In this document: one piece after another, positions 26,482 through 37,263 of the stretch
Numbering within the stretch: position 1 is the stretch's first letter
Layout of the letters: each line of letters begins with the position of its first letter
Assembly (NCBI GenBank): GCA_030295235.1
Contig: AP026164.1
Coordinates: 2,480,001-2,538,113, forward strand
From: Fistulifera solaris
Taxonomy: Eukaryota
Direction: 5' to 3'
DNA length: 58,113 nt
Program-made: the position numbers and the translations under genes
The notes under the pieces: model-generated
Seen by the model: only the letters and a program-made list of their open reading frames with translations
Told to the model about the DNA's origin: nothing
Databases searched by the model: none

Positions 26482-27484
26482 TCCAGAAGTATCTTCGTGC
26501 TTTTGTCACATCACGTGGCTTCAAAGCTTTTAGCCTTTTCGTTACAGGATAAAAATATACATTAGATCGTAAGCTAGATTGTTTAAGCAACCCAAAAACT
26601 ACCAGAAATGCCAAATTCGATATCCCAAGTCGACACTGATGATCAATCTCACCTTTATCAGCTTTGCTTTAGCACCGCTGGTCTGAAGGCGGAAATTATA
26701 CACCTCATTTTTAGCTTAAAAGATCTAGTTTCACCTTCGTTCAATCTATTTTTCAGGCGCAATGGCGATGATTGTAAAGTGCATCGTGATTGACATTCAG
26801 TCGTGCACAAGCCTACATGTTGGTCGACAGTAAACAGAGTCAGATATCATTGTGGGTAGTTTCATTGCAATATAATGACCTTCAACTATAGCTGATTATG
26901 CACTCGGACATTGCATCTAAGATGGCTTTCCGAAACAACCGAAAAAAGACAATAACCAGGACCGGATGCTAAAAACTTCGTGAACTATCTCATGACTGAA
27001 ATCCAATCTTGGATAAGTTCAGGCTACACATCGCACGATAGTAAAAGTATTATTCCATCTAAGATGCTTTATTTGTACCTAAAGACGGCTTTCAACCACA
27101 ATTCTTGTGGAGGTGCTGGTCTTAAGGCAATTTATTCTAGTTAAGAACGCAATGGCAATGGGAAAGTCGGCGACATAACATGAACGTACATAGGTATTTA
27201 CCTCACCGTAACTTTTTGGGAAACTCCTAACCTTCGTGAAGCACATCTCATTGAATCTTGCGAGCAAGGATGACGTAGGTTCTTTCGGCACACCACCACA
27301 ACAACACAACAACGGCAACAGGCAACACATTATTACTATCTATCGGTAGCATTAGAAAAAGGAGAACAGGAAAGACGTTCATGGACATCTTCGTCATCTG
27401 AGAGACCGAGAGAAGAGGACAAGACGGCCGCAGAAAAAAAATCGTTTACGAAAATACAACACAACTAAAAGACAGCAAACGATT

Positions 27485-29431
27485 ATGACGCAAAATCACT
27501 GGATCGTCTGCGCTTGCATTCTTTTCGCATTGGCTTTCCCAAATGATGCCTTTGTTCCCAATCTTAACACAAAGTCGCCTTGTACTGGAAAAGTTACTCT
27601 CTATAGTTCTGGAGGAGGAGGATCGGCGGAAGAGAAACTGCGACAAGAATTGAAAGAGAATAATGACGCGATTGAAGTAAAAGATGAAATGCAGTACGCC
27701 CAAGCCGATGGAGCTTACTTAGAACGTCTCGATAGTGCCAATGAATCCATCGAGAAAGATGCGGTCACACAAACAACAGCGGATTCGTCGAAAACGCAGC
27801 AATCCGTTACATCTCATAGTTCATCTTCCGTCTTGGCCCAACAAATCGAACGCATGACCAAACCCCGAGCGTACCCTTTATTTCTGGCGGAAAAAGCAGC
27901 AGAATTCGTCGAAGCAACGTATAAAGATGTCGTGCACACATTTGCTGCGCCCGATTCGTATCGTGTGAGCAACAGCAATTCACAAAAAGAACGTATTGTC
28001 ATCTTGGGCAGTGGTTGGGGTTCGATTTCGTTCTTAAAAGACATTGATACCGACTTGTACGATGTAACAGTCGTGTCGCCCCGCAATCATTTTGTCTTTA
28101 CGCCCATGTTGGCAGGTGCGAGTGTCGGGACGGTCGAATTCCGGTCCATTTGCGAGCCGATTCGGGAAATCAATCTCAAGGCCAATTACTTGGAAGCCAT
28201 CGCGACGGACATTGATACCGAAAAGAAAATTGTCAGTTGTGAATCTGTCTTTTGTGAAGGCAATTCGTGTGCCATTGAAGACTTTTCCATTCCCTACGAT
28301 CGTCTCATTGTGACTGTCGGAGCACAAACGAACACGTTTGGTATTCCCGGCGTTCGCGAACGCTGCAACTTTTGAAGCAAATTGAAGACGCTCGACGCAT
28401 CCGAGCTTCGATTGTGAACTGCTTTGAGCGTGCGAATTTGCCCGGCTTGACAGATGAGGAACGTGAACAGAACTTGACCTTTGCGGTGATTGGAGCCGGA
28501 CCGACGGGGATTGAGTTTGCGGCGGAGTTGCGTGACTTTGTCGAACAGGATGGTCCGAAGTACTATCCGCGTTTGCTGAAATATGTGCGCATCAAGATTA
28601 TCGAGGCTTCTTCTACTGTATTGGCTCCGTTCGATAAGTCTTTGCAAGAAGAAGCTATCTTGCAAATGAACAAGAGCGTTTTAATCAAAGATCCCGAAGT
28701 ACGTAACCTTTTGCCCGAGCGCTTCAAGTTGACCGAACTGTTACTCGACAGTTCTGTGAAAGAAGTTGGAGAAGACACCATCTTTTGAATGACGGCACGA
28801 AAGTACCGTACGGCATGGCAGTATGGGCGGCTGGAAACGGTCCTCTTCCCATAACATTGAGTTTGATTGACAAGATGGGTGAGGAACAGAAGAAACAGCA
28901 AGACGTAGCCCGTGGACGTCTCGCGATCGACCCGTGGATGCGTGTGATTGGTTCGGATGGACAAATTTTGGCGTTCGGTGATTGCTCCTGCATTACGGCC
29001 GGGCAGTTACCCGCAACGGCGCAAGTCGCTTCGCAACAGGGCGAGTATTTGGCCAACTTAATGAATCGCAAATACGAATTCAGTCCTCCCCGTTCGGAGG
29101 ATGGTATCTTCCCACCCCGAAGAAAGACCCCGTACGCACCGAATCGTCCTTCTCTGATGCGATTGCCAGTTTTGCCATCAACAACAGCGAATACGCAAAA
29201 CCGTTTCAGTTTTTGAATTTGGGTATCTTGGCGTACACGGGCGGCGGCTCGGCCTTGGCACAAGTGACTCCTGCCCCGAATGCGGAGAGTATCAAAGGCA
29301 CCGGCAAGATTGGGAATGCCGTCTGGCGAAGTGTGTATCTGAGCAAACAAGTATCGTGGAGAAACCGATTGTTGGTTTTGAACGACTGGACGAAACGACA
29401 GCTGTTTGGTCGGGATGTAACGCGGATTTAG
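27485..29431 (+). CDS. Type II (alternative) NADH:quinone oxidoreductase, NDA-like, with bipartite plastid-targeting peptide; frameshifts ~28372, ~28785, ~29115
   Basis: IVILGSGWG, VSPRNHFVFTPML, FAVIGAGPTGIEFAAE, ATAQVASQQGEYLA and WRSVYLSKQVSWRNRLLVLNDW. N-terminus CILFALAFPNDA|FVP. Confidence 0.93.
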
Positions 29432-29597
29432 ATTTACAGAAAAGAGACGACTCGACGCTATTACGATTTAAACTTTTACGGTATATCACTGTTTCCTTTC
29501 AACAAGAATGCTAAACATAAATACTAAGCCTTCTGTTTTCGCAAACGACAAAAGAATACTATGTATGCTTAAACTAGAAGCACATCACTTGCTGACT

Positions 29598-30011
29598 TCA
29601 ATCTCTGGATTGCTCGGCAGCCATCTGCCGACGTCGTCTCTCCTCCATTACCATTTCTTTGTATTCTCTAGTGATATCAATTTTAGTTTTATCACTCATT
29701 CCCATTCCATTGTAAACACCATCGACTTTTCCCGAAGGATTGTATTTTCGTTTTCCGTAAAAGACTTCTCCGTTACCCATTCGTTTGCACATGAAATCAT
29801 CGATAACATCGTCCATATTCTTCAAAATATCGGTAATCCCTTGAAATGGATTTTGTAGCCACGAATTGTTGTTATTCGAGTTATCCTTGCCGGTCAAGGC
29901 GAGCGGAGAGGCGTGTTTTCTCCCGAAAGATCCGACAGCAGGGCTCACAAGGAAGCCTTCTCCACACATTAACAATGCTGCAAGCAGCGCTAAAACAATC
30001 TGCCGTTTCAT
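29598..30011 (-). CDS. Small hypothetical protein with bipartite plastid-targeting peptide
   Basis: MKRQIVLALLAALLMCGEG|FLVSP (signal peptide with Phe at +1), followed by a globular-looking DDVIDDFMCKRMGNGEVFYGKRKYNPSG segment. Confidence 0.75.
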   Translation of the reverse strand: MKRQIVLALLAALLMCGEGFLVSPAVGSFGRKHASPLALTGKDNSNNNNSWLQNPFQGITDILKNMDDVIDDFMCKRMGNGEVFYGKRKYNPSGKVDGVYNGMGMSDKTKIDITREYKEMVMEERRRRQMAAEQSRD

Positions 30012-30234
30012 TTGATTGACATACAACAGGAGAGAGAAAGAGAGTAGTTCGTTTGCCTATATTGAAGAAAGAGGGCTAAACATGAATAATAACACGGAAA
30101 GCAAAATAAAACAGACGAGAGAAATAATAAGAATGCGCTGACGAAGCGCCGTGCGATTTATTCACTGTGGCTTCGAAATGTACCCGTCGGAACGCAAATC
30201 TTTCGCGTGCTCGACGCGTTCGAAGCTATAGATT

Positions 30235-30592
30235 TATCCGGGAGCTATTCCAGATAATAATCGATAATGTCGACTCCTCTTGCTCATAGTAATAAGGAAG
30301 GTCCGTGGATGAAGTTCCGACGATATGCGTCGCTGTTGGACCCAAGCAATGGTGAATTCGAATTCAATAAACTCGGAAATTACCTGCATCGATAAAATTC
30401 CTACGGGGTCTACGTGCTTTACACGTAGACAATCGAAACGTTGTATCTTTGCTCTTTCCAAAGTTTTGACTTGAAATTGATTGCGAACATCGTTTATTGG
30501 TAGTGCATGTTGTAAATACTGGCTCGTTTATGGCGTTGCGCTCAAGAATAGTTGGAAAATGGAGGAAGTAAACAAAAACACAATATCCGGGT
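30235..30592 (-). repeat. Copy of dispersed degenerate intergenic repeat family, containing a perfect 9-bp hairpin at 30408-30430
   Basis: 30382-30416 matches 44241-44275 at 31 of 35 nt. The hairpin is GTCTACGTG-cttta-CACGTAGAC. The ATATCCGGGT motif lies at ~30583-30592. Confidence 0.7.
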
Positions 30593-30677
30593 TTCCCATC
30601 GTCTCCTCCACCAATTTTATTTGCCGTTTCACTTCTTGTTCATCTGGTTAATTACAATATGACTACAATAAACGAAA

Positions 30678-33488
30678 ATGCCTCACAGCAAAGGAATCAA
30701 TAAAGTCAAAAGGGAAGAAGTAACAAAAGCCGCCATAACAAGCAGCCGGTCGATTATAACGGGCAGAACCCGTCGCTCCTCAAAGGGATGCAAAGAAACT
30801 CCCGACATTTCACAACAAAACGAAAGATGCACCAAATGACTCCACCGCCGATAGTATCGGAGGTGGATATTATACAATGTATAAAGAAGCGACGTGGAAG
30901 TTTCACAAGTGGATGTCGGAGAAAGCCTGTCCGAGTTTCAAATTTGTATCGGTCAATGATTATCGCCGAGCCATGCATCAAGTTTTGGATCATAATATGA
31001 GCATCTTTGTGAAGAATGGAGATAAGGAATAATCGAAGGAACTTATCGTGGCGCCACCGGATATTGTGGTGAGTCTAGCATCGAGCATTCGTTTGCGCGA
31101 AAAAGTTACAGCCAACCGATTTGGCTCGAAAGATGGAGGAGATCTTGGCCATCGATACATCATCGATGTGCTCAAGTTCTGCCACAGTGCTCTGCGGTTT
31201 GGTAATAGAGTCGCTACTATCATTACTACAAAAGATAGCGAAGAAACTGTTGTAGAGGATGCGATTGGTGGCCGATTTCATGCTTTGTCAGTGGACAATG
31301 ACGAATCGGAAAAAGATACTGATTGGGAGGAAATAGACCGCGATATCGAGGAACTAAACATGCCTAAATACACCGGAGTTGAATTAAAGGAAGAAATTGA
31401 TATCAAAGAAGTCCTTCTCAAGGGCGATGATCAATTTCAGGCTATTGCGCTGCTGTATACGATGGATGATTACATGGGAGCCATTCATAACCATTTCACC
31501 CTTCTCAAATATTACCTGAGAGGAAATCATGAATTGCACGAAACTTCAAGATGTATGCAACTACTGTTGGAATGTGCAGTCGCCGCCAATGCGGCCATTC
31601 AAAGTGTTAACCAAGCAGAGAATGAAATGATGATTGATCACCCACACCTTTCATCGTTCTACCATGTGCTTGCGCTCGTGAAAATGCCTGATGTGTTAGC
31701 AGGCATTATTAAATTGATCGAAAAGCCGAGGTTGGAAAAGAACCCTCACATCGCTCCATTTCTTGGCGGAGATCATTGAGTGTTCATTTCATCATGGATG
31801 AAAAGAACGAGTTCCAAGTATTGTGAACCGGTTCGTCAAAAAGTCAGGCATGGACTCGCAGTACACCGAGAAATTAGCGCGGGTTGTCAGTTTTCGCGTT
31901 GCCTTTGAGGTGATGTTACAATGGGAGGAACCCATCAATAAAGATCTTATTGTCGAAATGGGTGCAGAGGGAGTTAAGCCACATACGTGGCTCGGAGACT
32001 GTGCGTTTATTAATGGCGACTGTTGCATTTTTAATACGCAAAGAATCGTTCAAACAATCATGGGGCTTCTTGAAGATGGGAAAAAGCTTGTTGGGAAGCG
32101 AGGGCATTGGGGGCAACAATTTAATAAAAGCATCCCTGATGGCCGCATACGGGGAGATCTTGACGATCCGTTCGCATCTTGTATCATTCCGGAAATAAAT
32201 GAAACCTCGCGATACAGGCCCTTTGAATGTTTGCCTGAACGGCCACATCTCATTCCAATCTTCGACATGTTGAGCAAATTTGTTAGCGGTGATCGAAAAA
32301 GTCCAGTTCCTGTAGCTTTGTCCTTCGGGCTACATGCAATTTTGATGTCTATCTTTGTGGTTCAAGGAGACGGCGATTTGGCACAAGTTGCTGATCATTC
32401 GAAACAGTCGTACAATACATTGTATAATCAATTGGAAGCCTTGTCTGATTTTACCAAATTGCCAGGAAATGCTCCTAGTTTCTACCACAATGTTTCGTTG
32501 TCTGGTATTTTTCGACAGACACACTTCTTAATTCTCAAGCCGATCCAAGTCAAGTTGTGGATCCGGTTATTTCCGAGAGACTTGCATTTTGGAATCCCCT
32601 CATGGGAGGAGAATATATGCTCTATGCCACCTATATATGCTCGATCAACTTGGGGTCTCCAACCGTTGATTCCATGGGCCAGCTTCGACTCGTCCTGCAC
32701 CTATACAATGCGCTCAAGCTCCGCTTGCCGACGTTTGAAGTGCCTCTGCTACAGAAAATGGATACAGTATTTAGCAAGACTAGAGCAGTTTGGGTCGGAG
32801 GAAAGCCAACAAAAGAATCTTACAGCAGGGTGTTTTGGATGTCTTGGGGAATGAGCGGCGAGTGGAACTGCATGCCAGTCTTCTGATGACGCACGCGATA
32901 GAAATTCTTTTGGTGACTGTTCCAAGAATCTGCAAGACGATTTGAGGTAGGAATCCTTTTTATGTATTAACAATGGATGAGAAGAAGGCTTTTGCTTACA
33001 TGGTCCGGCGTAATTTTTCACACAGAGCGTTGGATGAGGTTCGTCCGGAAGAGTTTTGTGCCTCGTATCGGCATCTTGTTCAACAAGATTTCTCATCTGA
33101 AGATCTCCAGAACCACTACACTAACCGAACCAAAAGCGGCGCGGACGCAAAAACAAAACATCATTTCAATGCCTTTGTCAACCTGTTGACCCGAATCAAC
33201 ATCACACGTGACGCTATGGATGATGACGAACAAAATGTTCTTCCATTGAACTTCTCTGCCGTTGGATCTGTTTTGCTGGAGTTCGTCAATGCTCTGTCCG
33301 ATCAAATGGGTTGGTCGAATATGATTGACGACTTCATTCGAAACAATCCTGAACTTCGAACCAGTAAGACTACGAAAGGGAAAGTCTTGAATAACAAGCA
33401 CCACGGTTTAGCCCATATTTGGGGACGACTTTTGTTCATCCTTGACAGCGATTCTCCTAAGCTACCTGGTATTGCTACCGGAATTTGA
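30678..33488 (+). pseudogene. DUF6604-like domain gene, probably pseudogenised (in-frame TAA at 31030-31032 plus frameshifts); probable intron ~32948-33024
   Basis: YYTMYKEATWKFHKWM...LASSIRLREKV...GHRYIIDVLKF...GRFHALSVD and later NPLMGG...LRLVLHLYNAL resemble DUF6604 proteins. The TAA is in frame between two homologous-looking segments. Confidence 0.6.
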
Positions 33489-33879
33489 TGTTGGCGTAAT
33501 CTCTGAGTTCACTGAATCTTTTTCAGTCGGGTCAAGAAAAGTCGCCGTACATTCTTCGTCGTCGAAGAAGAAATTCTCACAGATCAGCGCAATTCTCTTA
33601 AAGGATCATATCCATACGGTGGAACGGGGAAGACGGCAAGCGACCTACTCCATGCATATGTATCTTTCGGATAATATGAACTTGCCATGCCGCAGAATGC
33701 TAGCCAGCTAAGCGCACTGCAAACGACTTGCGAAAGGGCTGTGATCATTCCCTCTTTCGTTTTTGCCGTCGGAATGTCTGCATTTTACTATCCATGAAAT
33801 TCTTCTTGGACTACTTCAGCAAGCGCACTGATATTGATGACATGGTGGTCAATGGCGCAAAAACTAAAATAGGATAAAG

Positions 33880-34728
33880 ATCATGGAGGAATTCACGGCC
33901 AGTGGTTCGAATTGTCCACCACTCGAACTATCGGGAACTTATTATTCCCATTTTTTCCGTTTCAGTGCGACAATCTTCGATAAAGTCTTTCGTGAGTTGG
34001 CACGCACTAGGAATGGTCGCAAGCTGTACACTGTTTTCGCATGCTGAAGCTCCATGGGACAAGGCTTGGCAACATGCGGATGGACGAGTATGACGCGCTT
34101 GGTTGGGGAGTGCTTTTGTACGAGAGCACGTATGGCAATGACTTCGGGTCGTGTGACTGTTGCAATAATGGCGATGGTGTCATTTTCATCCTGCTGCTCT
34201 TTCACAGACGGTAAAACATTGCTTGCAAAGCCCGAAGGACCTTAGCTTCCATATCCGCTCCTCCCGAAATGCTAGCGTCGCCAATCAGACTTTGCAACTG
34301 GATTCTTCGTAGATCAATCGTTTCCGTGTCTCGTGTTTGTGACTTTTGTCGAGAATCAGATGCAATTGGACTCTAGTCGTTGATGACGAATCATCCATTA
34401 CCGCGATACTTTTCTAAGAACCCATAAATCGCAAAGTTGTCACACAAAACAGTCGTTTCCTCTGGATTGTTGTTGCTCAACTACTCTTTTCTCTTCATTT
34501 TCTTCCTCCTCCACGTCGTCGTATGTAAACGACAAGGCTGTTTGTTCCCATACACGTTCAATCGGTCGTAGGGTTGCATCCTCTCAAACCAGCAGTAAAG
34601 TTTTTGCTGCTAGACGAAGCTTGCTTGCATGGTTACAACGCTCGCATCAATGTTGTCATCACGCTGCGCTGAATGAGACGCCCTACCAGCAAATGTGCCA
34701 CATCCGCCCCAGTACCGTATCGTACCAT
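33880..34728 (-). pseudogene. Decayed gene fragment, weakly DUF1995-like
   Basis: The fragment RVILVHP...TVYSLRPFLVR...KIVALKR looks protein-like but is surrounded by in-frame stops and frameshifts. Confidence 0.3.
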
Positions 34729-34871
34729 CGTGTTCCTTGTCGTTCAAACAGTGATGAAAATCTAAATCGATGATGATTTGACACTCGCGTGGTTTGCATT
34801 TGCAAAAAAACAATCGGCGATTTCTTGGGCGGCTGCCATCCGTGCTGTCGAAATAAAACCACCAATACCAG

Positions 34872-35325
34872 ATTTTCTGGGCATGTGAAAACACCCCATG
34901 CCCACATTTTCTGGATACGTGAAAACACCCCGTGCCCACATTTTCTGGATATGTGAAAACAACCCATGCCCACATTTTCTGGATACGTGAAAACAACCCA
35001 TCCCCACATTCTCTGGATACGTGAAAACACCCCATGCCCACATTTTCTGGATACGTGAAAACACCCCATGCCCACATTTTCTGGATACGTGAAAACACCC
35101 CATGCCCACATTTTCTGGATATGTGAAAACAACCCATGCCCACATTTTCTGGATACGTGAAAACAACCCATCCCCACATTTTCTGGATACGTGAAAACAC
35201 CCCATGCCCACATTCTCTGGATACGTGAAAACACCCCATGCCCACATTTTCTGGGTACGTAAAAACACCCCATGCCCACATTTTCTGGGGAGGTGAAAAA
35301 CACCCCATGCCCACATTTTCTGGGG
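34872..35325. repeat. Minisatellite: ~13 tandem copies of a 34-bp unit GTGAAAACACCCCATGCCCACATTTTCTGGATAC
   Basis: Unit starts fall at 34885, 34919, 34953 ... 35259, 35293, an exact 34-bp period with no spacers. Confidence 0.97.
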
Positions 35326-35963
35326 GTGCGTTTGCTCGTTCTGGGTTTTATGCATTTTGCATTCATACTTTTCTTTTTTTCCTTCATTACTATTACGCAA
35401 ACATGAATTCTTCCAAATCTTTGCACACCCGTGCAAATAGCGCATTGTTAGCACGGTAGAAAGGTTTTCACCTACAAGGTACTTCTCGACCCGGCAAGTC
35501 TCGAAGAACTGAATCAATATGGACACGGTTTTGCTATATGGCGCGAAAGCAACATTTTAACTCACGTTATGCCTGTCGGTAGCAATGACTATTTTGCACC
35601 TGATCAGAGAGCCTTGTGCTAGGAAATTTGCAGCAAGGAAGACGAATAATCGTTTCACTTGGCTATCGTCGGCGTCAGAGATAAATCCATTGTCGAGACA
35701 CTTGATGGCTTCATGAGCACCAAGACTACACTGGAGAACTTCAAAGTAGGTAACGTCGCGACGGAGCAGGACGACGGCGTCGACGACCAATGGAGTTTGC
35801 TCTGTTGGCGGTGGCTTTTGGCACCGTAACGCTGAGTACGGAACACACTAGATTGTCAGCATCACGATCTTTCCCCATGGATTTGATTTTTTTAGATTTC
35901 TGAGTTCGGTGATCGGGGCACTGCTTTTGTCGAACATCTCGAAAAGCGCAGGATTCTTGCAGT

Positions 35964-36111
35964 TTGCAATCAATACGCCACTGAGCGATGGAAATCTGCA
36001 ACGTCTTTTGATGACATGGAACAAATGATCATTGACAACATGCTAGACATCTTGCAATCAATACATCATTGAGCGATGATAATCTGCAACGACTTTTAGA
36101 CTTTGATGACA
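35964..36111 (+). repeat. Degenerate direct repeat (~55 bp, period 88 bp) in a decayed region
   Basis: ttgcaatcaatac..ca.tgagcgatg..aatctgcaacg.cttt...tttgatgaca occurs at 35964-36016 and 36052-36111. Confidence 0.8.
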
Positions 36112-37263
36112 AAGAGCGGTTGACAGTTAACAACAGGCTGAGTCTTCTTCTGTTTCAGCACGAGCGGAGACTCTCGAGTATACTTTCACCGTTGTCGTTA
36201 CCTGAGGAGTCCTTGCAGTCCTTAAATGTGCCCGAAAAGCTCTTTTTGTGGTACAACACGAGGTTCGGATGATTCTTGTTGCAGCAATCTCTGCATTTTT
36301 TCGACGAGTGGCTTCTTCGGTTCGGGCCGTTCTTTGGCGCTGGACTTATCATTTAAAATGCTGAATGAAGATGGCCATACTCCGAAGAGCGTTGTGCAAG
36401 AACTTGTCCCAGTTGCGCTTGCCGACCTTAAGTTGCAGGTTTTGATGTTAGCGTTTGCGACGGGGATGACCACAGCACTCTTTACCTGCATGTGTTGCTC
36501 TGTGGCGTGTAAGCGCATGAAGAACTACGTAACCTCGAAATAGACGTCAAATGATGATTTCGGTCCAGAACTTTTTATCTCCGACGGTTGCTATCACGTT
36601 ACAGAAAGATAGTAGTAACGGACGGCAATGAATATGTTTATCCTAATCCAGGACTATACACGAGCTCTATTCCCTGAATCGTTTCTATCGCGGATCGAAG
36701 GATCTATTCCAAACACAGTCCCCCGATCTTCCCTCAGAGCATCGAACACTAGCGTCTTGTGAGGCGGAAAAGGGATTGACTGCTGTATTGAATTTAGAAC
36801 AGGTGAATCAACATATTATTGGAACGGAATATTAGCTTGACTCTAGACTAGAAGAAAAAATGCCAAGTGTTGGTGAGGTGAAAATCTGGCTCAGACAAAA
36901 TAATAATAATGTTGATTCAAGACTCGTGAAAAGTTGATAATTGAGAGAATCCGGGACTAAATTTGTCGCAGATTCCCTGACGTATGATGCACAGCGGGAA
37001 AAAGCCGCGAGGAACGGAATTTTTATCCGTGACTGCTGGTTCAAGGACGTTGTCACATCTGTGTCGCACAAATGTCACACCTATAGCAAATAGTACTAAC
37101 ACGGAGCTATCGACTACTGGTATCGAGAGAAACAGTCAAATGGTGTCCCCCAGCCTTACTCATCATCATCCGCCGCCGCTCGGCAAAAACGAAGCATTTT
37201 TCGCGTCCCTTATCTTCTTTAGAATAATGTTTTAGATCAGCTGAGTGAGGAGTTAAAAACGAC

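Noticed and set aside
28365..28790. Programmed ribosomal frameshifting at two TTT-TGA sites in the NADH dehydrogenase
   Set aside because: Both are fixed by adding one T to a T-run, the same error pattern seen throughout the window.
34872..35325. CRISPR array (34-bp repeats)
   Set aside because: Units are head-to-tail with no spacers, there are no cas genes and the context is eukaryotic.
34610..35526. Three overlapping 234-254 aa minus-strand ORFs with Cys/Trp-rich repeats
   Set aside because: They are translations of the 34-bp minisatellite. The unit is not a multiple of 3 and the same peptides cycle through all frames.
36640..37000. Possible further copies of the dispersed repeat core (atcc(a/g)ggacta...attccctga twice)
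   Set aside because: Similarity to the consensus is too weak to support by eye; it needs a profile search.
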